A DNA stretch of 64,000 nt, taken from positions 24,261-88,260 of the forward strand of contig CAYOAM010000001.1 of the NCBI GenBank assembly GCA_964402035.1, given 5' to 3'. The translations under genes and the position numbers were made by a program. The notes below the pieces were generated by a model. The model worked only from the letters and a program-made list of their open reading frames with translations, was not told the origin of the DNA and did no database searches. Every line of letters begins with the position of its first letter. Position 1 is the stretch's first letter. This document shows positions 18,268 through 27,898 of the stretch, piece after piece. This DNA comes from an uncultured Candidatus Saccharibacteria bacterium. Lineage in GTDB: Bacteria > Patescibacteriota > Minisyncoccia > Phycocordibacterales > UBA918.

Positions 18268-19404
18268 GTCACAAGTTACTAACTATTTTGTTCCAAGTAT
18301 TCACAAAATACTAAGTACTTCTGACCACGACGCGATGTTTTTCTTTTAGAAAAACATCGTTGTGCCGCCCACAAAAGCATAGACCGAGAAAAGCAACCAT
18401 AAGTTGCTTTTCTCAAGGGCAGGTGTTTATTTCTGGTGGTCACGAATAAATTCACTAACGTGAATTTTTCGCTACCCGAGAAAAGCAACTCAATGTTGCT
18501 TTTCTCTGTGGTTTTAGCCTTGAGCAAAGCTCAAACAAAAAAATAGCTCTGCTTCCCACAAAAGAATGAACATCTGCCCCGGGGCAGGTGTTCATTAATT
18601 GTGGTCACTAGTCACTAACCAAATTACTTATTGCATAGTAATTTGCTAAGTGCTCTTGACCACGTCTCGCCCGTTGCCAAGGCAACATGGCTCCGACTCC
18701 CACAAAAGCATAAAACCTGCCGAAGGGCAGGTCTTTATGTCTTTTGTGGGCGAGAGAGGACTTGAACCTCCACGGGTTGCCCCACTTGGTCCTAAGCCAA
18801 GCGTGTATACCATTTCACCACTCGCCCAGAGTGTGCGCTACACTATAACGTATTTTTAATTTCTGTGCATTTTTGTCTTTCCTTTGAACATATGGCTGTG
18901 CGGTGGACTTGTCATCAAGAATTACTAAGTAGAATGCTACGCCTTCATACTAAGTATTCGCGATCCCGCCTCGCAGTATTTTTGCTCTTTGGCAAAAATA
19001 CATAGCTGCGGCTCGGACTCATAAGAAAAACACGGCGCAGGCAAAAACCATGTCATCACAAGTAAATTTACTGACGTAAATTTCTTGCGATCCCGGCTCG
19101 CTGTATTTTGCTTTAGGCAAAATACATAGCTCCGCCTCGGACACGTCATCACGAATAAATTCACGGACGTGAATTTTTCGCGATCCCGACTCAGCATCGC
19201 TTCGCGATATGCTTCCGTCGCGGACACGTTTACAAAAACAGCACGCAGGTGCTGTTTTTTCTGTCATCACAAATATTTTTCCTGACGGAAAAATTTCGCG
19301 ATCCCCGCTCGCGGTTTCTGCCTCTGCTTCGCAGAACAGAAACATCGCTGCGCGTCGGACAAATGCACAAAATCTCCCGCAGGGGAGATTTTGTGCATTT
19401 GTCC
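18268..19404. repeat. array of modular hairpin repeats: at least 7 copies of the family-A nested palindrome, 'ttttgc...gcaaaa' small hairpins, 'cacaaaag...cttttgtg' long hairpins, and 4 direct ~100-130 bp units sharing CATAGCTCCGCCTCGGACACGTCATCAC and TTTCGCGATCCCGNCTCGC
   Basis: Read from the sequence. The variable palindromic cores aaatttac-tgac-gtaaattt (19064-19083), aaattcac-ggac-gtgaattt (19157-19176), tttttcc-tgac-ggaaaaa (19274-19293) and aaattcac-taac-gtgaattt (18448-18467) differ by compensatory changes. Confidence 0.8.
18747..18827 (-). tRNA. tRNA-Leu (anticodon UAG)
   Basis: Manual cloverleaf. Acceptor GGGCGAG/CTCGCCC, anticodon stem CTTGG/CCAAG with loop CTTAGGA, long variable arm, T-loop TTCAAGT, discriminator A. 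Confidence 0.75.
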
Positions 19405-19474
19405 GCCCACCAGGGCTCGAACCTGGGACCTTATCCTTAAGAGGGATCTGCTCTACCAACTGAGCTATGAGCGG
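19402..19474 (-). tRNA. tRNA-Lys (anticodon CUU)
   Basis: Manual cloverleaf. Acceptor CCGCTCA/TGGGCGG, D-arm GCTCAGTTGGTAGAGC, anticodon loop CTCTTAA, T-arm CCAGGTTCGAGCCCTGG. One G-A mismatch at 27:43. Confidence 0.7.
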
Positions 19475-19597
19475 ATATGTAATTGTGGCAACGGTGTTCG
19501 GGCATTATCGTACCTTATATTCCTGCATTTCTCAACACTATTTTTTGAATGCTATACTAATCTTGATGTTATTGATATCAGCATTTGCAATATACAT

Positions 19598-19966
19598 ATG
19601 TCAGACATAGATCATGCGTTGAGAGAAGTTGAAGAAAAGATTAGAAAGGACAACGACCTATTGCATAAAGCTCAGGCAGAAGCGGAGAAGACGACCAAAG
19701 ACATAACTGCAAAGGAGCTTCAGTTGAGTAAAGATCTATCTGAACTTGAGAGAGCTCACAAGAAAGCGGTCGATGTTATAAATGCCAAGTTTGAGACTGA
19801 ACTCAGGGCTCTCCGGGCAGAAAAGAAGAAAGATGAAGAAGCAATTTCTACCGCAAAAGGGGACTTCATACGCCATGGTAAAAAATTGGAGGAGCTAAAG
19901 CGTGCGATAGAAAAGGCGCAACATGATTCTCAAGGAAAAAGTGCTTCTAGCTCTAGGAGTTGGTAG
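19598..19966 (+). CDS. hypothetical coiled-coil protein (122 aa)
   Basis: MSDIDHALREVEEKIRKDNDLLHKAQAEAEK... charged heptad-like sequence. The ORF-track 5' extension from 19391 overlaps tRNA-Lys and is rejected. Confidence 0.4.
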   Translation: MSDIDHALREVEEKIRKDNDLLHKAQAEAEKTTKDITAKELQLSKDLSELERAHKKAVDVINAKFETELRALRAEKKKDEEAISTAKGDFIRHGKKLEELKRAIEKAQHDSQGKSASSSRSW

Positions 19967-20258
19967 ATATTTTTCCACCCCGTATAAGTACATGGATGTA
20001 GCTGTTGGTTGTAGAATAGAGGTATGATTAAACCAATAGAGTCCTATCCGTTGTTTGGTTTTGTTGCGTGGGGGATTGTGATTGTGTTTGCACTCTTTAC
20101 GCTTTCACTTGCAATGAAGCTGCAGAAAATAGCAACCGATCTGCAATTAGTCACCGAGACACTTTCAGAAACGACGAAGCGCTAGGTCTGAATTTCATGC
20201 GACAGCTAGATTTCGGGGCTGCTGTTTTTGCTGATAAAATCTGCTATGATCCTGTCAT

Positions 20259-20342
20259 GCCGGGGTGGTGAAATTGGTAGACACGCGACACTTAAAATGT
20301 CGTGAGCGCAAGCTCATATGGGTTCGATTCCCATCCCTGGCA
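20259..20342 (+). tRNA. tRNA-Leu (anticodon UAA)
   Basis: Manual cloverleaf. Acceptor GCCGGGG/CCCTGGC, anticodon stem CGACA/TGTCG with loop CTTAAAA, long variable arm, T-arm ATGGGTTCGATTCCCAT. Confidence 0.75.
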
Positions 20343-20463
20343 CATGAATGAAGTGAATGGCGGGTAGTAGTGTGCAGGGCACACTACTACGGGAATCGAA
20401 GAGGTTGTTGACGATTTCGACCATCGGGAGAAATTGTCCTACAACCTGTACTGAACATGTAAT

Positions 20464-20486
20464 GTTCGATTCCTATCCCTGGCACA
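20464..20486 (+). repeat. 23-nt direct repeat of the tRNA-Leu(UAA) 3' end (22/23 identical), 121 bp downstream of the intact gene
   Basis: gttcgattcctatccctggcaca versus the tRNA's gttcgattcccatccctggcaca. An att-like duplication. Confidence 0.7.
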
Positions 20487-20581
20487 AAATAAGCGTAGTG
20501 TTTTTTGGAGAGATATACCGATATGTAGGTGCCACCATCTATGAGTGTTTGTCTATAGAAAGCCATGCTAGACTTTAGGAT

Positions 20582-21337
20582 ATGGAACGATCGTTCTTGA
20601 ACGATGTATCGAAAGCTGTGATGACGACGCGGCGTCCAGTTGAGCGTCATAAAACTTTAAAAAATATTCTAGCGGCCCTGATAATGGGGGGCTTATTTGT
20701 GGCCGGTGGAGTATCTCTTGTTGAGAGTTTGTCGTTTGTCGCACGTGCCAAACTTACAGATGGAAAAATAGTATCGGTACAAGATGCAAAATCAAATGGG
20801 GATACGATGTATAAACTTGTTGTTGAATTTGTATCGGCCGATGGCACGGTAAGACAGTTCAGTTCGAAGGTGTCTTCGTCGGATCCACGTGGCGCTGTTG
20901 GGGGCAGGGTATCCGTGCTCTACGATCCGAATGTTCCCACCGATGCACGAATCAAAAGTATTGTCGATCTATATTTTCTTCCACTGGCTTTTGTTGGTAT
21001 GGGATCTCTCTGTGTACTAGTATTTTTTGTGCACGCAATAATTGCTTATCGGGTGCGTGCACGAGAAAAGAGACTGCGGCAAACAGGAAGGTTGGTGCAG
21101 GCTACGATAACGGGCATTCAGCGCGCCCTGGTAAAAACAGAAAGGTACTCCTACTATGTTATCCAAGGTCAGTGGCATGACTCTTCTACTAATTTAATAC
21201 ACTTTATTGAAAGTGAGTTCGTTCCTTATGATCCTTCAGAATTCATTAAAGATAGAAAGGACATTTCAGTGTATATTAATCCATTAAATGCTGACGATTA
21301 TTGGGTTGATATTTCATTTTTACCCGCAGTGAGATGA
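20582..21337 (+). CDS. membrane protein with two DUF3592-like units (TM, beta-rich region, TM)
   Basis: TM (ILAALIMGGLFVAGGVSLV), then a beta-rich segment, then TM (LPLAFVGMGSLCVLVFFVHAI), then a second beta-rich region. The family assignment is from memory of the architecture. Confidence 0.4.
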   Translation: MERSFLNDVSKAVMTTRRPVERHKTLKNILAALIMGGLFVAGGVSLVESLSFVARAKLTDGKIVSVQDAKSNGDTMYKLVVEFVSADGTVRQFSSKVSSSDPRGAVGGRVSVLYDPNVPTDARIKSIVDLYFLPLAFVGMGSLCVLVFFVHAIIAYRVRAREKRLRQTGRLVQATITGIQRALVKTERYSYYVIQGQWHDSSTNLIHFIESEFVPYDPSEFIKDRKDISVYINPLNADDYWVDISFLPAVR

Positions 21338-21444
21338 TTCAGAGCTATACATATTTGAGGCCTGGGCGAGATCGTCCTGACGGATCACAATATTTTTGCT
21401 ATATTTCATACCAAAATACATAACGACCTCCTTTTGTTTTTAGA

Positions 21445-21586
21445 GTCACGAATCACTAAGCAAAATACTTTGTATTTATGCTAAGTGTTCTTGACCACGC
21501 CTCGTTTTTTGCTCCGCCTGAGAGCGAAGCAAAATGACTGCGGCCCCTCCGTGTATGAAAAAACAGCATGTAAATGCTGTTTTTTC
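21445..21586. repeat. tRNA-flank hairpin module: family-A element, then a ttttgc hairpin, then gaaaaaacagcat-gtaa-atgctgttttttc
   Basis: Same three-part architecture as 18601-18750 and 37801-37954, immediately downstream (minus strand) of tRNA-Cys. Confidence 0.7.
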
Positions 21587-21592
21587 TCACGG

Positions 21593-21664
21593 AGGCCTGG
21601 GCGAGAATCGAACTCGCGTGTATCGGTTTTGCAAACCGCTGTGTTACCACTTCACCACCAGGCC
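21593..21664 (-). tRNA. tRNA-Cys (anticodon GCA)
   Basis: Manual cloverleaf. Acceptor GGCCTGG/CCAGGCC, anticodon loop TTGCAAA, T-arm GCGAGTTCGATTCTCGC, discriminator U as expected for Cys. Confidence 0.7.
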
Positions 21665-21695
21665 TTTTCAGGCGCTCAGCATTGTATCAGGTTTT

Positions 21696-22016
21696 CTAGG
21701 TCAACTCGATTGTATCGAGATGTTGGCGGTGCTTTTCGCCAACATCTATTTTGAAATCAAAGAAGGGAAGGTACTTGAGGCTCGCGTTCTTCTTTACGTA
21801 GCCACGAAACTCGGCACCTTTGCGCTTTAAAAAAACGAGCGCATGCTCTTCTTCGCTTTCAGGATACACTGTAACAAATATTGTGGCTTGGCCAAAGTCC
21901 GCACCGACCTTGGCGTCGGTCACGGTTATGAGGGGTGGTGTGTTTGCTTCTTCACGGATAAAACTGGCGGCAAGCTCGCGATATATCGATAGTGCTCTGT
22001 CGTTTCGGTCAAACAT
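21696..22016 (-). CDS. rbfA: ribosome-binding factor A
   Basis: 106 aa. LITVTDAKVGADFGQATIFVTVYP...LKYLPFFDFKID fits the RbfA pattern. It lies directly downstream of infB. Confidence 0.8.
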   Translation of the reverse strand: MFDRNDRALSIYRELAASFIREEANTPPLITVTDAKVGADFGQATIFVTVYPESEEEHALVFLKRKGAEFRGYVKKNASLKYLPFFDFKIDVGEKHRQHLDTIELT

Positions 22017-22150
22017 ACGTTATTTTAAAACATGTCTATAAAACTTCAGCTGCGCGGCACCAAGGAGCGAGGACCCGAGGCGTACTTGCTGTACGGTGAG
22101 TGGTCCGAGCGACGCAGGTAACAAAGCAGGTGGAGTTTTTAGGCATGTTT

Positions 22151-23653
22151 CTATGAGATCACAATCTTGAAGGAAGCAATAGTGTCCCCCGGCACAACAT
22201 CAGCCTTAGTATCAAGTTGCATACCAAATTCACCGTCAGACACGGTATCGACATTTGCTTTTTGCTGTTGCAAATTTTTGATCACCCCGCGGCCTAGTTC
22301 TAGGTCACGACGAAAAACGCGAACATGATGACCAACGGACAGTGTTCCTTGGAGGACACGTCCACCAAGTACGTGTGTTGATTTCTGTACACTAAACTCT
22401 TTGAGGATTTTTGCTTCGCCAGTCTTCTCCTCCGTCTCTTTCTTCGGTGTGCGGAGAATCAGTGCTTCCTGCAGCCATTCGGCAAGCTTGTAGATGATGT
22501 CAAAGGTCTTGATTTCAACACCGAGTCGTTCAGCAAGGTCGGTTGCAGAACGCTCGACGATGACGTTGAAGCCGACAATAATAGCTCCTTGTGTCGATCC
22601 AATATTTTTGATGTCATTTTCGGTAATAGCTCCCACCCCACGACTGATGATCTGTACGGTGACACGGTCGGATGCGAACTTTGCAATTTCATGTTCAATA
22701 GCATCGATCGTGCCGAGTACGTCAGCCTTGATACAGATAGGTATCAACGGAAGTGACGAACGGACCGTCGCTGCGGCTGCTGGTTTCTTGTACGCTGCAA
22801 CCGCCACCTCCGCTTCTTTTTTGCTGCTCACGGTCGAAAATACATCACCGACATTGGGTACTCCTGAAAAACCGATGATACGTACAGGGATTGAAAGTCC
22901 TGCTTCCTTGATCGTTTTTCCTGCGAAATTTTCCATGATACGTACCGGGGCAAATGTTGTGCCTGAGACGACGAAGTCACCACTTTTCAAAAGCCCATTT
23001 TTTACAATCAGTGTTGCTGATGTGCCGCGCTTTGGATCAAGATTCGCTTCGATAACGAGTCCAGTTGCCGACGCGGTCTGATCACCGGTGAGTTCTGCCA
23101 TTTCGGAAGCCAAGGTCAACACCTCAAGTAGGGTGTCGATACCTTCACCTGTCTTTGCAGATATAGGAACGTAAGGCACATCACCACCCATGCCCTCTAG
23201 GTAAATTTCATTTTCAATAAGGTTGGCTTTGGTACGCTCCACGTTTGCAGCAGGGCGATCGATTTTGTTGATTGCAACAATGTAGGGGATCTTGGCAGTT
23301 TTGATGCAGGTCAATGCTTCGAGTGTTTGCGGCTTTACACCTTCTTCTGCGGAGACGACGAGAATTGCAATATCGGCAACATCGGCACCACGCAGGCGCA
23401 TCTTTTGAAAGGCTTCATGTCCAGGAGTATCGAGGAAGGTAATGAGCCGCTTTTCGCTGGTGTCCTTCATGGTGTGCTCCACAACATAGGCGGAGAGGTG
23501 CTGGGTGATCCCACCCGCTTCTTTTTCTACGATATTGGTCTTGCGGATATAATCAAGGAGTGTCGATTTTCCATGGTCAATATGCCCCATGACAACCGCA
23601 ATAGGGTGTCGGGTGACGATTTCTGATGTGGTGGTGGGTGTCTTTTTGGCCAT
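22151..23653 (-). CDS. infB: translation initiation factor IF-2 (short form, G domain to C-terminus)
   Basis: GHIDHGKSTLLD G1 motif, DTPGHEAF G3 motif, NKID G4 motif, IF-2 C-terminal beta-barrels. 500 aa. Confidence 0.9.
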   Translation of the reverse strand: MAKKTPTTTSEIVTRHPIAVVMGHIDHGKSTLLDYIRKTNIVEKEAGGITQHLSAYVVEHTMKDTSEKRLITFLDTPGHEAFQKMRLRGADVADIAILVVSAEEGVKPQTLEALTCIKTAKIPYIVAINKIDRPAANVERTKANLIENEIYLEGMGGDVPYVPISAKTGEGIDTLLEVLTLASEMAELTGDQTASATGLVIEANLDPKRGTSATLIVKNGLLKSGDFVVSGTTFAPVRIMENFAGKTIKEAGLSIPVRIIGFSGVPNVGDVFSTVSSKKEAEVAVAAYKKPAAAATVRSSLPLIPICIKADVLGTIDAIEHEIAKFASDRVTVQIISRGVGAITENDIKNIGSTQGAIIVGFNVIVERSATDLAERLGVEIKTFDIIYKLAEWLQEALILRTPKKETEEKTGEAKILKEFSVQKSTHVLGGRVLQGTLSVGHHVRVFRRDLELGRGVIKNLQQQKANVDTVSDGEFGMQLDTKADVVPGDTIASFKIVIS

Positions 23654-23788
23654 GGTAGATACAGCATTATCTCAAGCATTGGGGACAGAAAACGGCCAGA
23701 GAGAGCTTTGAGAAAAAGTGTATTCGTGAGTATAGCAGGTTTTTTCACTTTTTTCATACTTTTGTCAAATCCGTGCTATCTTTTTTGT

Positions 23789-25021
23789 ATGAAGCCTATG
23801 TCAATGTTGAAACGATTTTTTGGCAAAACGCGCATTTATCTTGATTATGCTGCTGCGACCCCGGTGCGCAAGGAGGTCGCTGTTGCCATGGCGCCGTTTA
23901 TGCGTGGCGATTTTGGCAATGCGAGTGCTATACATGCGGAGGGTCGGTTTGCGCGGAAGGCAATTGAACAGTCGCGAAAGTTAGTTGCGGAGCTGCTCCG
24001 TGTACGAAAGGAAGAAGTTTTTTTTGTGTCAGGAGGCACGGAAGCGAACAACCTCGCTCTTGTTGGTGTCATCGAGGCTTTGGCGTCCAGTGGGCGTTCG
24101 TATAGCGATTGTGAAGTGATAACGACAGCGATTGAGCACCCGTCTATTCTAGGTGTACTAGCGCGTCTCAAAGAAAAAGGTGTCGTGGTACATACAATAC
24201 CAGTCAATACCACCGGACTCGTTGATCTGTCACAGTTTAAGCGCATGCTTTCTCCAAAGACCGTGTTGGTGTCGATTGCATACGCAAACAGTGAAATTGG
24301 TGTTGTGCAGGACATAAAGAAAATTTCCCATGGTGTCCGTCAATATCAACGCGATTCTCCTCAGGCAAACATATCTATACACGTGGATGCGAGTCAAGCG
24401 CCACTGTATCTACCATGCGCACTAAATAGTCTTGGCGTTGATCTTATGACGCTTGATGCCGGAAAAATGTATGGACCGAAGGGTGTTGGGGTCCTCATAA
24501 AAAAACATGCAGTTGCACTGCAGCCGCTTTTTATTGGTGGCGATCAAGAGGGTGGTGTGCGACCAGGCACCGAGAACACCGCGCTCATCGTAGGGTGTGC
24601 CGAGGCACTATGTATCGCACTTAAAGAGCAAGAAGCGCGCGTACAAAAAGTACGAGCACTGCGCGATTATGCTTTTGATGAAATAAACCAGTACATTTCT
24701 GGCGTATTAGTAAATGGGTCTCTTGATGAGCGGATCGCAAACAATATCAATATCTCAATTCCGGGTATCGATGGGGAGTTTGCTGCGGTCACGCTCGATA
24801 CGCACGGCATTGCGGTCTCAACAAAAAGTGCCTGTTCAGGACTCACGGGGAGTGGGTCCGCGGTCATCTATGCGATGGGTGGCGACGACGCACGTGCGCT
24901 ATCAACGATCCGCATGACACTAGGAGAAGAGACTACAAAAGGGGAGATTGACCACATGGTACGTGTCCTCAAAACCCATGTCGAAAAAACCCGGCAAGCC
25001 CTTGACCAACTACATAAATAG
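23789..25021 (+). CDS. cysteine desulfurase (class V aminotransferase, IscS/NifS-like)
   Basis: IYLDYAAATP, GNASAIHAEG, SGGTEANN, and the C-terminal active-site Cys region (SACSG). The ORF is open from 23708; MKPMSML at 23789 is the likely start. Confidence 0.8.
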   Translation: MKPMSMLKRFFGKTRIYLDYAAATPVRKEVAVAMAPFMRGDFGNASAIHAEGRFARKAIEQSRKLVAELLRVRKEEVFFVSGGTEANNLALVGVIEALASSGRSYSDCEVITTAIEHPSILGVLARLKEKGVVVHTIPVNTTGLVDLSQFKRMLSPKTVLVSIAYANSEIGVVQDIKKISHGVRQYQRDSPQANISIHVDASQAPLYLPCALNSLGVDLMTLDAGKMYGPKGVGVLIKKHAVALQPLFIGGDQEGGVRPGTENTALIVGCAEALCIALKEQEARVQKVRALRDYAFDEINQYISGVLVNGSLDERIANNINISIPGIDGEFAAVTLDTHGIAVSTKSACSGLTGSGSAVIYAMGGDDARALSTIRMTLGEETTKGEIDHMVRVLKTHVEKTRQALDQLHK

Positions 25022-25143
25022 TGATACTATTTGCCCGTTAAAAGTCACAAGCGACACGTAAGAGATGTTGACCGTATAAAGGTGTCTTGAGGTGCGCGAC
25101 GTGCTTGGTATTGAGGTATCACTACCCTATAATTAGTTTTAGT

Positions 25144-27834
25144 ATGCCACCATTTCATAATTTCACTTCGAAAGCAAAAGAAGCGGTACGAAAAGCACAT
25201 GAGCTCGCAATTGAGCGTGGTCAAAATCATGTGAGCCCGGCACATTTGCTCGTCGCCCTCATGACACAGGATGAGAGTTCAGTCGTTTCTATACTCGACC
25301 GCATCGATGTGGATGTTATTACGCTCACGGATCTCTTGCTTGAAGCTATTGAGGGTCCCGATAATACACAGACGGTCTCGCAATCATATCAGCTATACCT
25401 CACTCCTGATCTCGCTCAGACTCTTGAGGCTGCGGGAAAAATGGCACAGCAATTGGGTGATAGCTACATTGGTGTTGAACATCTTTTTTTGGCAGCCCTT
25501 GAACACCCGGGTCCCACGATCGAAGTCATCAATCGCGCTGGTGTTGATAAACGAAAGGTGATGGCAGCTCTCAAAGAAGTTCGTGAGAGTGGTGTCTCAG
25601 ATGCGCAGCAGCCAAAGAAGTTTCGTGCACTCAGTAAATACACTCGCAACCTCACCAAGCTAGCCCAAGAAAACAAACTCGACCCCGTTATAGGTCGCGA
25701 CACTGAGATTCAGCGCGTTGTCCAGATTCTTTCGCGACGCACGAAAAACAATCCTGTTTTGATTGGTGAAGCGGGCGTGGGAAAGACCGCCATTGCGGAA
25801 GGTCTTGCTATGTCTATCGTACAAGGCAATACTCCTGAATCACTCAAAAACAAAGAATTATTGTCACTTGATCTTGGACTTTTGATTGCCGGCACGAAGT
25901 TTCGTGGAGAGTTTGAAGAGCGTCTCAAGGCGATCATGAAAGAGGTGCAGCAAGCAGAAGGCTCCGTGATTCTTTTTATCGATGAACTCCATACGATCGT
26001 CGGAGCGGGTGCGGCAGAGGGCGCCATCGACGCGTCAAATATGATGAAGCCAGCGCTCGCGCGTGGAGAATTTCGTGTCATTGGTGCTACAACTCTCAAG
26101 GAGTATCAAAAATATATAGAACGCGATCCAGCACTCACACGTCGTTTCCAGCCCGTCTATGTCAATGAGCCATCGCAAGAAGATGCGATTGCTATCTTGC
26201 GTGGTATTTCAGAGAAGTATGAAATCTTCCATGGAGTACGTATCACTGACGATGCTATTGTCGCAGCGGTCGAGCTATCAGCTCGCTATATCACCGATCG
26301 CTTTTTACCTGACAAAGCAGTCGATCTTATTGATGAAGCAGCAGCATCACTCCGTATTTCTCTTGAAAACAAACCACAAGAATTGGCTGATGCTGATCGC
26401 AAAATTCGTCGTCTCGAAATCGAGCGTGAAGCTTTGAAAAAAGAGGAAGAAATAGCTGAGGACAAGCGCAAGTTGCGCACTCGTACCAAGGAGATTGATG
26501 GTGAAATTGCAGAACTCAAGCAAAAGACCAGCAACCTTGAGACAAAATGGAATAACGAGCGCGACACGCTCAATGATATTCGTGCGATGAAAAAAGAATT
26601 GGAAAGTTTGCGTCTTGAAGCGGAATCAGCAGAAGTCGCGGCAGAGCTCGGTCGTACTGCAGAGATCCGATATGGCAAAATTCCACTATTGGAAAAGAAA
26701 CTGGAAGAGAAAACAGCACGACTTAAAAAGGTACAGCGAAACCAGCGCCTCCTGCGTGAAGAAGTAACCGAAGAAGATATCGCGACGGTCGTATCACGAT
26801 GGACCGGTGTCCCCGTATCACGAATGCTAGAAGCGGAAGCTGCAAAGCTATCTCGCATGGAAGAAGTGCTCACAGCGCGTGTCGTGGGTCAAGAAGATGC
26901 CGTGAAGCGTATTGCAGATGCAGTCAAACGTTCACGAGCAGGCATTGCGGATCCCAACAGGCCGATCGGCTCCTTCCTTTTCTTGGGTCCTACAGGAGTT
27001 GGAAAGACCGAGCTTTCACGTGCTCTTGCGCAGTTTATGTTCGATGATGAGAATGCGCTTGTACGTGTCGATATGTCTGAGTTTATGGAAAAGCATTCGG
27101 TATCAAAAATTATCGGCTCTCCACCAGGATATGTAGGTCACGAGGAGGGAGGTACGATCACCGAGCTTGTCCGACATCGCCCGTATTCGGTGATATTGCT
27201 CGATGAAATTGAAAAAGCACATCCTGAAGTCTTTAACATCCTGCTCCAAGTGTTGGACTCTGGACATCTGACTGATGCAAAGGGTCGCAAGGTGAACTTC
27301 AAAAATGCGGTCATTATTATGACATCTAATATTGGTGCTGAGCACATCGACCGCATGTCAAAACTCGGTTTTGCACCAAAAGCAGATGACAAGGCACAGT
27401 ATGGGCAAGCAAAAGACAAGGTCCTTGAAAGTCTGCGTCACTATTTCCGACCGGAGTTTCTCAATCGTCTCGATGAGATCATAGTCTTTGATATTCTTGC
27501 GCCGCATGTCATCAAGGATATTGTACGCATGCAGATCGATCTTGTGCGCGCTCGCCTTACACAAAAGGATGTTGAAATGGTACTGACTGATGAGGTATAT
27601 GAGTACCTTGCGACGAAGGGATACAATCCACAATACGGAGCGCGACCATTAAAGCGTTTGATCCAGTCAAAGATCTTGACTCCGGTAGCATCTATGATGA
27701 TTGCCGAAGGTATGCTTAAGGGTGGAAAGGTTATGGTGTCGATGAAGGGTGAGGAGTTTAAGTTTGACGTAAAACGAAAGGCGGGGAAGGGTCGTGTACC
27801 GACCGCGGTCCCAGAAACAGTATCCGTGGCATAA
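25144..27834 (+). CDS. clpB: ATP-dependent chaperone ClpB
   Basis: Two AAA+ modules ([10 protein letters not shown] and GPTGVGKTE Walker A motifs). A long coiled-coil middle domain ([12 protein letters not shown]...[10 protein letters not shown]). N-terminal Clp_N repeats. Confidence 0.92.
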   Translation: MPPFHNFTSKAKEAVRKAHELAIERGQNHVSPAHLLVALMTQDESSVVSILDRIDVDVITLTDLLLEAIEGPDNTQTVSQSYQLYLTPDLAQTLEAAGKMAQQLGDSYIGVEHLFLAALEHPGPTIEVINRAGVDKRKVMAALKEVRESGVSDAQQPKKFRALSKYTRNLTKLAQENKLDPVIGRDTEIQRVVQILSRRTKNNPVLIGEAGVGKTAIAEGLAMSIVQGNTPESLKNKELLSLDLGLLIAGTKFRGEFEERLKAIMKEVQQAEGSVILFIDELHTIVGAGAAEGAIDASNMMKPALARGEFRVIGATTLKEYQKYIERDPALTRRFQPVYVNEPSQEDAIAILRGISEKYEIFHGVRITDDAIVAAVELSARYITDRFLPDKAVDLIDEAAASLRISLENKPQELADADRKIRRLEIEREALKKEEEIAEDKRKLRTRTKEIDGEIAELKQKTSNLETKWNNERDTLNDIRAMKKELESLRLEAESAEVAAELGRTAEIRYGKIPLLEKKLEEKTARLKKVQRNQRLLREEVTEEDIATVVSRWTGVPVSRMLEAEAAKLSRMEEVLTARVVGQEDAVKRIADAVKRSRAGIADPNRPIGSFLFLGPTGVGKTELSRALAQFMFDDENALVRVDMSEFMEKHSVSKIIGSPPGYVGHEEGGTITELVRHRPYSVILLDEIEKAHPEVFNILLQVLDSGHLTDAKGRKVNFKNAVIIMTSNIGAEHIDRMSKLGFAPKADDKAQYGQAKDKVLESLRHYFRPEFLNRLDEIIVFDILAPHVIKDIVRMQIDLVRARLTQKDVEMVLTDEVYEYLATKGYNPQYGARPLKRLIQSKILTPVASMMIAEGMLKGGKVMVSMKGEEFKFDVKRKAGKGRVPTAVPETVSVA

Positions 27835-27856
27835 ATAAAACATATGGCACGAAAAA

Positions 27857-27886
27857 ACGAGACCGAGGTCTCGTTTTTTCGTATCT
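27857..27886 (+). terminator. Rho-independent terminator after clpB
   Basis: aaaaaacgagacc-gag-gtctcgtttttt. Confidence 0.75.
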
Positions 27887-27898
27887 GGGCATGGTAGT

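Noticed and set aside
18900-19400. Possible CRISPR array, because of the regularly spaced conserved blocks
   Set aside because: The units are ~100-130 bp, imperfectly conserved and internally palindromic. The 'spacers' are themselves hairpins, and no cas genes are nearby. It is better described as a modular hairpin repeat array.
19391-19597. N-terminal 69 residues of the ORF 19391..19966
   Set aside because: They overlap tRNA-Lys and a long hairpin and the composition is non-coding. The coiled-coil protein most likely starts at the ATG at 19598.
20068-20271. 67-aa ORF ending inside tRNA-Leu(UAA)
   Set aside because: It overlaps the tRNA 5' end, has no RBS and no recognisable domain. Likely spurious.
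21485-21830. ORFs 21485..21754 and 21534..21830
   Set aside because: They run through tRNA-Cys and antisense to rbfA. Spurious.
22151-23653. Possibility that the 500-aa infB is a truncated pseudogene
   Set aside because: The G domain through the C-terminus is intact, with a proper start and flanking rbfA. Short IF-2 forms lacking the N-terminal region are common.
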